A stretch of DNA of 64,000 nt from Botryllus schlosseri (GCA_051294905.1 CM119384.1:5394001-5458000), one strand, 5' to 3'. Positions 27,101 through 41,500 are shown, numbered from the stretch's first letter. The notes: generated from the sequence alone by a model not told the origin. Translations and numbers: made by a program.

Positions 27101-28030
27101 ATGGCAAGCACAAGCGACATATGCGGTCGATTCTTCCGTTGGATCCCATGCGTCTTCATTATCGGCATCGTATTCTGGTCGTATTACGCCTACGTTGTGG
27201 AATTATGCGTCTTCACGATCGAGTCAACAGTAAAGAAAGTTTTTTATCTTATATTCTATCACTTTTTCTTCGGCATGTTCGTCTGGTCGTACTGGCAAAT
27301 CATTTTCACCGACGTCATGACACCGTCAAGCGGATACACCATCCCCCAAGAATACCACGCCAAGATATTTCAAACAGAAAACGAAGACGAACGCCAGGAG
27401 GCGTTAAAAGATATCATCTCGAGAAATAATCTCACAGTGGTGACGCGCGACGCGAGAGGCTATATTCGGTACTGTCACATCACAAAGACAATCAAACCCG
27501 ACCGATGCCATTACTGCTCAGTCGTGAAGAAATGCGTGTTGAAAATGGATCACTTTTGCCCGTGGGTCAACAACTGCGTCGGCTACAGCAACTACAAGTT
27601 CTTTGTGTTATTTTTATTCTACGGATTCCTGTACTGTCTCTACGTGTCTTGCACGGATTTGGAGTATTTCATAAATTTTTGGCAGAATTTAATGTCGGGC
27701 AGCGCAAAGTTTCATATCTTGTTCTTATTCTTCGCGTCGATTATGTTCGCCATCAGTTTGATCGGGTTGCTCGGCTATCATTTGTTTCTAGTCTACAAAA
27801 ACAGGAGTACCCTCGAGTCTTTTCGAGCTCCCGAGTTCAATTACGGAGCGGACGAAAACGGTTTTAACATTGGCGGGATGAGAAATTTCGAGCAAGTCTT
27901 CGGAGAGAGGAAGGTACTTTGGGGTGTGCCGATTTTTACGAGTCTCGGTGACGGCATGTGTTATCCGACTAGGCTTCTGTCAAGCTCCAGCGAGTTGAAC
28001 TTGGTCAACGGTCCGGGGGAGGATGTCTGA
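27101..28030 (+). CDS. ZDHHC2/15/20-like: Intronless palmitoyltransferase of the ZDHHC2/15/20 clade, DHFC variant (309 aa)
   Basis: Uninterrupted ORF from [16 protein letters not shown]. Four hydrophobic TM segments, [49 protein letters not shown], a TTxE-like STLE motif, and a PaCCT-like [14 protein letters not shown] motif. Confidence 0.9.
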   Translation: MASTSDICGRFFRWIPCVFIIGIVFWSYYAYVVELCVFTIESTVKKVFYLIFYHFFFGMFVWSYWQIIFTDVMTPSSGYTIPQEYHAKIFQTENEDERQEALKDIISRNNLTVVTRDARGYIRYCHITKTIKPDRCHYCSVVKKCVLKMDHFCPWVNNCVGYSNYKFFVLFLFYGFLYCLYVSCTDLEYFINFWQNLMSGSAKFHILFLFFASIMFAISLIGLLGYHLFLVYKNRSTLESFRAPEFNYGADENGFNIGGMRNFEQVFGERKVLWGVPIFTSLGDGMCYPTRLLSSSSELNLVNGPGEDV

Positions 28031-29550
28031 ATGATCAAACGGTTGATATGTGACAGGCTTACATTAAGTCGGACTATCCGGTTGCACTGAATAATTATGT
28101 CTGTACCTTGAGATTTGATAGCTTCTTTTCAATCGAAAATTAGGCCGGAATCCTCGTACGGTACATTCATCGTTGAATGTTGTTTCTATTTTTTGGTCGT
28201 ATTCTCACATATGACATCATCTCATCTGATAGCATGGAGATTTTTGGTTTATCTTGGGAATTTTATGTTGTTTTGTAGCTGTATATCGATCTGAGTTGCT
28301 CTATCCATTCAGTTCACACCTGGCTTTTGGGACTTATTTCGTAACGAAATAACCTGGCGTGTTCAATGTAATGGGATGAAAATCGTATTGATTTACTCTG
28401 AAACAAATTGTTGCTTGCCATGTGGTAGGGATTACAGTGGTTTAGACTGGGAACCACCGTTACTGCCAAGTTGTATATTAAATCTTTTTCTGTAGCCTAT
28501 CAATATTAATTAAGTGCTTACTATTCTTCAATTTTGTGTGAACTTCGTTTTGAAGAACCTCTCTTTACATGCTGTTTGTGAACTTAACAGGCACACAACT
28601 TTATAGATATTAACCCGGCGGGCTTGTGTTAGTTTTATCTGGTAAAACGCAATTACATGTATCATTGATGTTTAGTGTGTGCATGAAATATATTCATATT
28701 CTGGGGTCGGGCACTCAACGTTAAATGAATTGCACCTTTTACCAAATCTGATGCTTCCCTTTGCCATTCTGAGACGTTACCGAGGATTCGTTGGGTTATT
28801 TTACCGGGAACTGTTATATTTTCGTGTTCTGGTTTCTGGTTTCATGCCTTCTTGTGTTTCGAGAGGTACGGTAGCCTATTATTATATATCTGGACTATAT
28901 AGAAGGCAATTCTGTGTGTAAGTATGTAATTACAAAGGTTGATATTGCTACAATAGATTTAGTCTAAAATGTTTCCGCAGTCTGCGAGAATCACGGGCTA
29001 GTTGTTAGCTTAGAACCACTCATCTAGCTTGATTGGATGAGTTTACACATAATATGATGGGTTGATTGAACTCCTGTCCACCATGAAATGAGGATTGCCA
29101 TCTATGTACATTCATATTATAATATGATTCTATTATTATTGAAACAGAAGTCAAACTTGACTCTGATTGATTGATTGATGTATAGGCCTAGGATGCTTGT
29201 ACCACACCGCTATAATTCCATGTAAGTGTCCAGAAATGATATTTCGGTAACAGTGGGTTTTGATAAAAACTGCAATTACATTTTTCTAAATTTAACACAG
29301 CCTAGTTGCTATGAAGCTGTAATGCAGTTGATTAGAAATGCAGTTTGAATTTCATGATAGGTCGTGGCTCTCAGTTCATGTACATTTATTGTAATTCAAC
29401 CTTGCCGAGCATCTTTTCTGAGTTACTTACATGGAGTTTGGTCTTGATTTTGTTCCTACGATGGTTTGTTATGATGCAATTACAATTGTATGTTTGTTTA
29501 TATCAGGCACATTCTCGCTTTAGCCGTAACCTCATATAGTTGTGCAGACG

Positions 29551-32500
29551 ATGGCTGAAGATGATGTTGAAACCTTGGTAGGTATATTGTCATATAAAAG
29601 TGAAAGTTCGTTTTCTGGATCTAATCAATACTTCATCGTTTCTCAGTAGTTTTTTGGCTTTGTAGTGACAGATTTAGATTGATTTTCTGTTGTTTATGAT
29701 GTTTTCCTCGTAAATAAAGACCTAGGTTATCTAACCCTTTTGTGTCCAACAGTGTTGGGATCAAGTCACTACCTTCGAGTCACGAGTCAATTCGAGTCAT
29801 TGCACATTTTGACTCGAGTCAAGTCAAGTCAATCGATTTTCGAAAGTGACTCGAGTCAAGTCAAGTCAGTCGATTTTCAGAGGTGACTCGAGTCAAGTCG
29901 AGTCAAGTCAAGTCACGAGTCAAGTCACAATTCAAGTCAAATTGCCTTTTCGAGGTATGAGGCGTGATTACGTCATTGTATTTTGCTAGCTGTCTGAAAT
30001 ACAGATTGAGTGGTCATTGATTTTGAACCGATGAACGAATATAGAGTTAAATATACACGCAAGTAAGGCGCTGTATCGCCCGCATATAAGTAGAACTAAT
30101 AAACTACGAAAGTAATTGCACAGCCTCAGTTTATAGTTACCAGCCAAAATAGAGAATAGAGAAACGAATTGATAAGATGCAATACGTTACCGTTTTGCAT
30201 ATTGATATGATACAATTCGAGCCTGCGCCAATGGCTGTGGACTATATAAACTATTTCCGACTTCAATTTCAATAAAACAAAAGGTTTGGTCAAGTTAAGA
30301 ACAAGGAACAGAAATATACATTTAGCTATTAAATTACTTTACTTTATTATAGAGTACGACAACGTATGCTGTCAGCTTCGATCACTTCGTTTGCGATCAA
30401 CATATTTGTGAGAGAACAATGGAGGCTCGGTAAAACACACGATCATTGAATGATTGGTCGCTCTCACGGGCTACGCCTGCGTTGCGCGAACAATCCGAAC
30501 ATATGTAAAATACAGTGATTTTTATCGACACCGATTACTTGATGATGACTTGAAATTGACTCGTGAATTTTGCTCCGAGTCACGAGTCAATCCACATTTC
30601 TGATACGCCGAGTCAAGTCAAGTCAAGTCATTTTAGCAAAGTGACTCGAGTTAAGTCAAGTCATACGAAAAAGTGACTCGAGTCTGACTCGAGTCAAGTC
30701 ATGACTCGAGTCATCCCAACACTGGTGTCCAACAGGAAGTGAGTAACATTATTGAGATTTTTGAGATAGAGGTTTTATGGATTTATTTCACCGAGCTGCT
30801 GCTATATTTAATACATATTTGTCTATTTTTTAAGTACGGTCACTATTTGTTATGAATCAAATGCGAAGTAATCTGAGACATGGCTGGCAGTATGGTTTTC
30901 TGTCATTTTCATGGTGTTAGTCATCATCCGATGCTGTTAGTATACTTTGTTAAAAATTTGTATATTTTCCTGTACAGGCTGTTCTCAACTATTACATGAC
31001 AGAGGGCTACTATCGTCGCGTTCAGATGGAAACCATGAATGCAATACGAAAGTACGGTTCCGATCCCGTGCTCGGTTTATACAAGGGGCTCAGCATGCTG
31101 ATGGAAGGTTTGTATATATACGTATTCTACTTGAAAATGGTCGAATCAAAATGTCATGACTCGATTATCTGGATGATTCGATTCCAAGTTGAGTATTAAG
31201 CTTCGAGTGGAGTCGAATATTCGAGTATTATGATCTCATAACGTTGATAACGACTCTGAAACGGCTCAAATACGTGTAAGTTTAGGGTTGGCTCTTTTCA
31301 TAACATTTTCAAATCTCAGTTTAAACATAATTCATAAATATAATAAGGGTAGCTAATAGCTACGGCCTGCACCATCGTGAGAAAGTTGTCAGATGCCCGT
31401 TTAAACTTGTGTTTGAGTTCAAAACATCTTGATGATTATGGCCTATGAGCATAAATATCTGGTTATACTTTTAATTAACCAGAGGTGGTCAAAGTAGTTA
31501 ACGTTGATACTGAAAGAAAAGTTGAAGTGACAATTTCCAAGAATATCAGAACTACTTCAAGTGAAGAATATCAGAGGTCTGAAAAATTGGTATTTTCAGA
31601 AAGTGGGCTACACTTTCAAAATTACTAGATGTATGTTTGTGACGGCTAATTACACTGCAATTGGTGCTATTTTAAAAATATATATTCAGTTGCCATAATG
31701 CAGGAGCTAATTCATGTGGTACCTATGACACTTTCACTCATAGTCATAAATGATGCAAATGTATTCCCAAATTACTTTTCAACTTTTAATTTTTTTTAAT
31801 CAAGTAATTAAGCCTGAAAAACTGTTCAAATAGAAGTAGAAGTAGTAGTAGTAGTTTAACTATAACCGCTTGACTAGGTAGTCAAACCGACTTCAGTACT
31901 CCAAAAATTGTGAATTACTTCGTTACTGACGACCTCTGTAATTACTAATTAACTAACACTGAACTCTCCAGTTTCAACTTCGTGATGGAGTCATGCGGTT
32001 ATGGTTTAGGGATATACCTTTGTAAACCAATTTTAAAAAATTCCCAAGGTATCTCGCATGACTTGAAACACAAGCACTTGAGTGCGGGCTAGTGTGCGTT
32101 CCTGTAGTAAACTTTGGGCAGGTCTGAAGTACAGTATCATGAATAATAGATGGATGTCACTTTCAATATACTTGTGTTAGGGGAACGTTGTACAAGTTCT
32201 AACGTTGATTAATAATTTGTCTTGCTTCTGTCTTGTGGTATTATGACAGAAAAAATATCGTACAATCGCAGTACTGTAACTCAATTTCAAAGACAGGTAA
32301 ACACTTCAGTGGGCCTACCATTTTTCAATATATCAAATCATCAGATCAATACGTTGTTGCCAGGCTATCGATTTTATCATCCAATTAATCCGGACTGAGA
32401 TCTCTTGGTATCGCTTGATGGACTTGAGTAGTCGGACATGAATTTTTTGGTCACCTCTTGCATTTACACGCGCAAGTGCAGATTTTGTGATCTTAACCAC

Positions 32501-35500
32501 ACTTATTCCGCAATACAGCCGACAAGACTACGTCCGACCCGGAAGCCGGTTTGTTTTTATCACTTCGAGTAGCCACTCTTTGCTTGGCACGTCAGATGTT
32601 AATTTATGATTGATATTTTCTTTCTACCCAATCAATTTATTTTCAGCATGTCACCATTCTTGAATTTATCCAATTCTTTTCATTTCTTTTGTCTTCGTCC
32701 AGTATATTTCATTCCTATTTGTGGTTGAAGAATCTAATGGTGCATTCGTACAGTATTGAACACATTAGCTGTAGTGCTTTTGTTGTCGGTCCTGCTTGTG
32801 ATTTTTCGGTGAGATTTTCAATGTAATTTCAGTACAGGTATATATATTTACTCTTGAAAACAAGCACTATAAAATTGATCATAAAGTGCGAGAATGTCTG
32901 GTGTGGTATGGTTGATGAGGTTGTTTATTTTAAGGGCAGGTAGATCAACAACATTTGGCTTGGTTTCGTTTCACTGGTCACCGGTCACAGTCAGATGATG
33001 ATTACTTCTTACTATCTCGTGTTTCCTTGGATCTAAATTTTAGCATTCTTAATAGAGTTCCATTCTAGTGAAAAGTTATTTTCTTTGCTTGTGTGATTTT
33101 TCACATTACTTGCTTCTACAACCATTGCCACCAGGCTATTTAAAAAAAAAACGAATCCTATTCGTCAATCTGCTTTGCTGCCATAAAACCTACAATATCA
33201 TATGATTTTATCTACTTCAGTTTGCATGCTTAGCATTTTTTCATTTCCAATCATGCAATTCGGTTAAATTGAAGGCAAATTAAACGTATGCTATTTTCTA
33301 TATACTGTCTCTTTCTGGCATGCGATATACGGGAGGCATGCGTAATTTATCTCTGATTGCTAATGCTGCTTAACGCTCTCATATTTCTGTGTAAAATAAT
33401 TACTGGACCTTGCGTATCTAATATGCCTTCTTGAAATAATAGGACTGTCTGTTTGCGTCACTTTACTGCACTGAAACGTCAATAAGGTGTGCAGGACTTA
33501 CAAACATTGAAAAACATTGAATCATGCGATGTTATTCAGGGAGAATACAAGAATCGATGAGGGAACTGGAAGGAATTCGAGACAGGCCCGACTTGTCTCT
33601 CGCAAGCCTACTTGCTCTTGTCATTGCCCATCGATTGTCGAAGAATATTGGTGAGTTTCCATTATATAGTTTGTGTAACCCAAAATTTCTCCAATTTTCT
33701 CTCAGCCCAGCAATAAAACACTGTCATTTGAACTGCATGCTTTGGCCTGCACATATGATATGGTTAGTATCTTGTTATATGTCCAATGTGTATGCTATGA
33801 AGAATCTAGGTTAAAGTACTTAAATACTGATTCTTATAATTAGAGAGATAAACCCGCTATGATTATATCTATTAGTGATTACTATTATAACCTTTGATTT
33901 CTAGGAATTGTTTGCCGTATGTTACCTACTATACAGAGCACAGCTTTCGATATTCACAGATCGGGAAGCCGTGAACGAATTGGAGGCTAGAATGAAGAAC
34001 GAACGTCGTGCGGCCGGAGAAAAGACGTATTACTTTGCCGGCTTGACCTTGTGGTTGTTGAATAAACCAGAAAAGGCGAAAGATTATGTTGATAGGCTGT
34101 TGAAGAGTTCAGATGCTCCAGGACAGGTACAATCGCAATATCCTCTGTCCATGGCATATTTTTATGATTGTTTTCTTTTTATTGGATGATTGTACGGTGT
34201 GTCTGTGCCAGGTGAACAACTTCAGTGATATGTTCATAGCACTTCTTTTATGCTATTGGCTGCAGCCATAGTGTGAATATTAGTAGTATACTATTGGAGA
34301 TAATTATTAGAAACTTTCTATCTGGAAAAATTCAACAATCTAGGAGAGGAATTTGGGTGAAGGGGTCAGAAGACAATGTTTTTAATGTTTGCACTTTGAG
34401 GCTAAATTTTTGTTACCTATATATTATGCACTTAGTAGCTAGTGCTGTGCTAACCAAAGTTTTACTTAAAATGGTCCTCGTCAGACCGAAGCCTTCTCAG
34501 TGCGTTTTCGGTGCTATTATACAGTCGTCTGCAAAATTTCGAAGCAAATATATCACACTATTCGGGTATAAGTAACTAGGATCGCTATTGTAGGGTCTCA
34601 TTCTCAAGGGATGGATGGAATTGACATCGGAAAGAGATTCTATTGTGAAGAAATCTGTCAAATCGTTTGAAGAAGCGTTGTCACTCAACAGCAAAGATCC
34701 GTGGGCATTGCTGGGAAAAGCGAGGTGGTGTCTTGGGTTCTTTTTCCTGTTTTTCGAAGATTTCTACGTATTTTGTGGTATGTCTCCAGAGTTTATAAAG
34801 TGAGGCATAAATATAAGCCTGCGATGGAGTTTCTGAACCAAGCTATCGTCGCGTACCCAAACTTCACCCCGGCCTACGTGGAGAGGATGCGTGTGCACAT
34901 GGCTCAGAGAGATTGGGATCAAACGTTGGATGCTGCTTCCAGGTTGGGTGTATACTAATTTCTATCATGCACGGGCTCGGTGTGATTTACAACTTTATCT
35001 CGGCTTTTAGCACTCATAGCATTCGCAAATGCGCTTATTTGATGAGCTACTTGAAGGTACAGAACTTCGATATACGATTGCAGTATATTCATATTAAAAT
35101 GAACCCGAATATTTTTGGCTGACACTCGTCAGGGGTAGTCTCTACTAGTTGCTGAGGATTACCCCTGACGAGTGTCAGCCGAAAAGATTCGGGTTCATTT
35201 CAATATGACTATCCTATTGAAATGTGCTAATGCACACTTGCGGTTTTTACAAGGCCGTTTAATAATCGTTTGGAATTAGGTCATTGTAGCGGTACAAATA
35301 AATCTCGGCTTTTGATGTTAGATTCTAGGGTAGTGTTTTTTGATTGTTTTTTATTGGTTCTTTAAAAAAATATCATCACAATTTGAAGCATCATGTGGAA
35401 TACATCCGTTCCTGATTTAGTTTGACTGCGTTCTTACCTCTGTCTACGGTACATACTTGATTATGGAAAATTGGTAAGCAATATGATTCACAGACTCATT

Positions 35501-38500
35501 TGCTAAGTAGGAATTAAACTCTGTTTAAAATTGCCACTTGTGAGTTTTATCAAGTGGAAACAAAAACAAATTTGCAGTTCAAATGTCAACAGAAGGTCCA
35601 CACGAGTCCTTGAAACAATGTTCAGTCAATTGCAACCAAAAGCAAGTTGGGATTCAGCGAGCTGATTTCGAAGCAAGAGTGCGTTCAATACTGTTCGTTC
35701 GGTATTTCCAGGCTGCTAAGTCTCGATTCTCGACACCCGGAAGCGCTGAAGACTCAAATTATCCACACTCTGGCACTAGAAGGAAGAGCAAGCGATGTCG
35801 TCACCATGACGGGCGATCTTATTCAGGTAGCTTCGAAAAAGTTTGTTTCCGGAATTATCTTTGTCTCTGCATGTTGCATTGTAACTCTGTAGTAGATGTT
35901 TGTGGCCATCATCGTCTTCTATTTTCGATATATTCCTGGCTAACGCAAACATTCACATACATCGTCTTACGCTGCTTTTCTGAAGTTAGAGAGCGTCTTA
36001 AACACAAATAATTTTATTTCAAATTTCACCGATCTGTATTGCAACCACGTCAACCACTAATCAAGAATCCGAGATCTCTGTGCCTGATCAATCTTTTTGC
36101 TTTCAGTGCTGGATAATAATGTATGTGCTAGACCAGGGAATGTGCATTGACCTTATTGGCCGAAATACCATATCAGGCATTGCGATGATCCTTACAATAT
36201 ACACGGATAAATTAGTCACCGTTGGTACACCGGTAGAAGTAGAATTGACGGCCAAGTTAGTGCAAGTAGTTGAAACCTACTTGAGTACGCCGAAAAGTAG
36301 AAATACTTCATTCCTGACCACCTATGGGTATAAGATTGAACAGAACTCCAAAACTCATTATGAATAATGCGTCGTAGTGCTGTCGGATTGGACATTGGAG
36401 ATATTAAATTTCATTGCCAACATAGTATAACAAAACTTGTGCCTAGTGTACATCTTTTCGACGCTTATTTTTGTTTTCTCAATACAGATCATTGACCGGT
36501 TCGAACCTCAGAACACATCCTTGTACGTCAAGTGCGGCCGGGTGTTTTCTCGAATGGTGAGCCGCTATCATGTTCAGTTTTAGGCGCAATGTTAATTCCA
36601 ACCCCTTGCTCAGTGCGGTAGAAACTTGCCTGTGCTGAATCAGACTTTCACGCTGCTCGAAAGGGCCTTGTCGGTGGAGACTGCGCACGCGGAATACACA
36701 AGCGAACTCGGATATCAGTATTTTCTGCAGGTTGGTTGCAAGAATAGACTGCACTACGGTGTAATCATTGTGTCCTATATGGTGTCGACACAGGCAAATC
36801 TCACGCCTCAGTGAAATTGTATCACGTCACAATTTCCATTTGGCTACAGGCAATTTGACAGTCAATTTTGACCGGCTTGCCGAGCATTAAATTTGGTAAA
36901 ACAGGTATCAATCGAAAGCTGACTCTGCACTGATTACGAAAATATAATTTTTTTTCCGCTCGTGGCCCTGGAACTCCCACAATGAGCCTCGAATTTTTCA
37001 TTGTGATGGAGATTGGCATTGGGACGCAACAATGCGGTCTGGCGAAACGAGAGAGTAGCTCAAGAGAAAAAGAGTCAGACAGCATTGTTCAGCATTGTTG
37101 CGTCCCAATGCCAATCTCCATAACAATGAAAAACTCGAGGCTGATTGTGGGAGTTCCAGGGCCACGAGCGGAATAAAATTTATATTTTCGTAATCAGTGC
37201 AGAGTCAGCTTTCGATTGATACCCGTTTTACCAAATTTAATGCTCGGAAAGCCGGTCAAAAATGACCGTCAAATTGGCTGTAGCCAAATGGAAATTGTGA
37301 CGTGATACAATTTTATTGAGGCATGAGATTTGCCTGTGTCGACACCATATAGGACACTATGGTGTACTGCATGCGTTGGCAGCCATGGCCTGATTTTGTG
37401 CGATGCTTAGCTCGCCTATAATATCGATATTATATAATCTGTGACTGGTGGAATGGAAATATTGATGTATGTTTTCATCATGGTAGTAGGGACTCAGAGG
37501 ACTGTAATCTATGACTGCTGGAATGGAAATATTGACATATGTAAATAAATACCTTTCTGGTGTTTCGATGCAGCCTTTCTGGCCTTTTTGCTCTTTTTCT
37601 GACATCATTAAGGTTACCAAAAGATGTTGATACTTTATTTTCACTGTCCACGGATGACATTGCTCGGTCGTTTGTTTAAAACTGTGTTTGCATCACAACT
37701 CGTAATTTGCTTTCATTTCGGGGTATTTTCTAGCCTCAGGAAAAGTTAATTTCTCTCCTTTTCTGGTGTATAAGATAAATGATCGATTAACCATCGATTG
37801 ATCTGTGTGCACTGTGCAGAACTCGCGCTATTTACTGAATCTCCGAATAATCTGTCTTGACATGAATGATCCTTGTTCTTGAAAGTGTGAATCAAAGTGG
37901 TGGTTATCCGGCTTATTTACTTGTGCTGGATTAGCAATATGACCACATAATTACGTTGATGGTAATGCGGTTTGTACATATGCTTGAATCATGAGAATTA
38001 TGAGGTTCATATAAATTGACCGCTAAGCAATGATTTCAATGTCTTGCTACTGCGGGTGCAATAGAAAGTGTTTTTTTGATATATTTGTATCGCATTTCTG
38101 AGTGAAATTTGTGGAAAAGTGGTCGAAAGAGCCCCCGTACCATGGTAACTGAATATGTTTTATTTAATCGCCCCTATTTACAGCGTCGATAGTTATTTTG
38201 TGTTAGTCGCGAGGAACACCCTGTAATTTCTAAAATAGCCACCTGCAAATCGACCGCTAAAATTCACCCATCGATCAAATCTACTCTTTGAAGCTACGCA
38301 CTCGAGACTTTAAATATCTACTTTTACTTCAAGTAGTTTTGACGTGTCTTTGATATCGCTGTAATCAAGTAGATATTATTTACGGTTGTACTACTTCTAC
38401 TTCTGACTCTTGAAGGAACTCAATACACAATTAAATAATATTTGATATTGAAATAAACCTGAATATTTTCAGCCGACATTTGTCAGGGGCTGATGAGTGT

Positions 38501-41500
38501 CTACCAAAAATATTCTGGTTTATTTGAATATGAATATATTATTCAATTGTATGAGGAAGTTCTGTACCTTCAAGAGACTCTTCAAATACATCTACCAAGC
38601 CTGACTGCTTTAACTGCCTCCCGCAACAGGGTGCGATGTAATGGCTTGAAACTACGGCTCGCGTTAACTTTGCAGGGGAAAATGAAAGAAGCGTTCAAGT
38701 GTTACCAGGCGGCGATGAACATTGATAATGCGAGCGTTCCAGCTTTGACTGGCGCGATGCGTTGTCGGTTGCTGTCCGACGAACACACGGCGAAACACAT
38801 CGGGTATTCCTTGGAGGAGGTCGCCAACAGCCTGACGTTTCTGAACGAAGTGCAGCAGTCTGTTCAGCCTTCCTCTGTAAGTTTTGCCTTTTGGTCACGA
38901 TAGTTGAAGACGCAAGTCTGACCAGGTATAGAACCGAATGAACGTAAAGTTGACGATTAAATCAGGTTGTCATACATATCAAACTACTGATGCTTCGTCA
39001 ACGCTCTTTTATGGCGGTGAGGCAGCCTGTCCGAGAACGGCACATTGCAAAAGATTTGTTAGAATATGACAGGGTTGTAACCAAGTCACGAGGCTCCGAG
39101 TCACAAGTCAATCTCATTTTTATAGTTTGTACTCAAGTCAAGTCGAGTCATTTTTAATTCACCACCGAGTCAAGTCGAGTCCAAGTCAGCGATCGGAGGG
39201 TCGAGTCCGAGTCGTGGTATCAATGGTATCAAAAATCGCCTTGATTTACTTGCGCCACTGGAAGATAACATATTCCCACAAATAACAGCAAATCAAAACT
39301 TGCGAACGCTATCCATTAATGCTTAAGAATGCATAAACATGTATCCAACGTCCGTATACGACTGGTAATTACTGTGAATTTAGTAGTAGCCTACGATCAC
39401 ATGGTAATAATGTTCTGCGGCCCGCAGCACTTTTTGATGTTAAAATGCGACCCGTCGAATATGGGCAGTTGAGAACCCCTGCAATTTAGTCACACCAGAG
39501 TTTGCACCCTTAAATACTGTACTGCACTGGATAGGATGTAGTATATTTTTATTCTCGATGTTTACACCAACTCAAGATATATATATATACACACGGTCTG
39601 TGCATATGCACACAGCACACCAATAGTGCATGATGTGCATATGCCGCTGGACAAGGAAGGTGAAGATATAGCCTTGTAGAGCTTTCCGAATCTTGCACCA
39701 CCCCGGCGTGCTATCCCTGTAATGCTAAGCGCCAATCGGGGATATTATGGATACCAGTATTACCGTCATGGATATCGTGCGTTTCCCGAATCCCCATAGG
39801 CACATTTATCAAGCAAAGCTCCATGTTTGCATTACTGGTGCGAGTGCTATGCTGCACTGTGCTTTTGACGATTGATATGGCCCTAAAGTAATCATTGTTT
39901 GATTTGATTTTTTCAGGAACTTCTCTATCTGACTGCTGTGTATTCGCGGATCACTAATAAAAGCAGCGACGAGTGTTTGAAGTATTTATCGAAGGCGATT
40001 CGAACTCACTTTGAGAATATCAAGGTGAGTTTACGAACCTACCGTGCTGTGACGTCAGTGATTCGTGGTGTTCTGAAGTGAAATTCAGTCACCGTCGCTT
40101 GTATATTGTGATTTTACAAATTTTCAAGTAATTTTTTGGGGATTCAAAGAGAACTCTATTTTCTATTTTCAGTCCATACCGTTTGGTACAGAATACTTGA
40201 TAGCGTTGAATCCGGACTTTGTCTTGGAAATAGTGAAGGAATTGCTTAACATGGGGCCGTCTGAGGTGAGATTCTCCTTGACATATGCTTTTTGGTAATA
40301 TCAATAGTTATGTTACTGTTGATTGCCTTTAGCTGACTGAGATTCGCTCTCAAAATAACTGCGTAACAAAGGTGGATTCACCTGAAATTTGTTTAATTTG
40401 CACCAGCTCATCATTCCCGTGATTCTTTGGTGCACAACGGTCTTGTTCGACAGCATCCTATAGTGTAGTAGTTGAATAAAATTGAATAAAATTATTGCCA
40501 ATGTGTCTTTCAGTAACACGGTGTAGTGATGGTAATGTGTACAATGTACATAGTTGCACAACTAGAAAATTTTGTGCTTTTATAAATTAGATTAGCATTA
40601 GAATAATAGCTATACAATGTTTTAAAATTAGACTAGAATTAGAATTATAGCTACACAGTTCTTTTTCAAATTAGAATTAGAATTACTGAATTTGCGAAAA
40701 CTTGGAAATGGTACCAACCAAGTTAGTTCTTCATTTTCGTAAGCACGAGAATAGCTCCTGTAGCGTCTTCATGATAGCCTGAAACTTGATTTGAAATGAT
40801 GTTGCTGGAGTCTGGATGCGTAATATCTTTTTGTGTCGTCACAAGGCGATAACGCAAGGAGAGGCGATACCGGTTGTTCTGAGAGAGTGCGCCGGCGTCT
40901 TGAACGAAGTCTTGAAATCTTTGCCCGGAATGATGGACGCCCTCTACCTGTTTGCGAAAGTCAAGTTTTTGGCAGGTGAATATAATCTATCAGTTTGAGA
41001 TGTATCGAATACGTAACTGAATAGTCACGGCCTACTTAACTGTATGCCGTAACGAAATAGACTTGAAATGATTGAAATATTTGATACATACATTGTTTTT
41101 GATTGATTCCAAACCTTGACGCTATATAGCTGAACAGTGAACATAATGACTCGGACTCGGGTCAAAACACTATGTCTCGGACTCGACCCTCTACTAGCTG
41201 ACTTGGATTCGGAATTGACTCGGTGGTGAATTGAAAATGACTCGACTTGACTCGAGTCAAAACTATAAAAGTGAGAGTGACTTGTGACTTGGTTACAACC
41301 CTGCCTTCGGCTAGGTACCTCAAAGAATAATTCAGCGCCTCCGTGTCAAATGTGGAATTGCTGTTAAAACAGATTCACATCAATTACCAGATATGTTGTA
41401 AGTGGTCGACGTTGGTTCTCCAGTAGAAATAGTCACGTCATGACAAGTGCACAGTAGGGTTGTTCGAAAAAAACTTTTTTTTCCAAATCTCACTCGCCTA

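Noticed and set aside
29760-30720. GAGTCAAGTC and AGTAGAAGTA arrays as CRISPR-like or satellite arrays
   Set aside because: They are subterminal repeats inside TIR/TSD-bounded transposons. There is no repeat-spacer structure and the context is eukaryotic.
36822-37176. ORF-track proteins sharing [27 protein letters not shown] (also 46563-46836)
   Set aside because: They are by-products of the palindromic MITE sequence, not genes.
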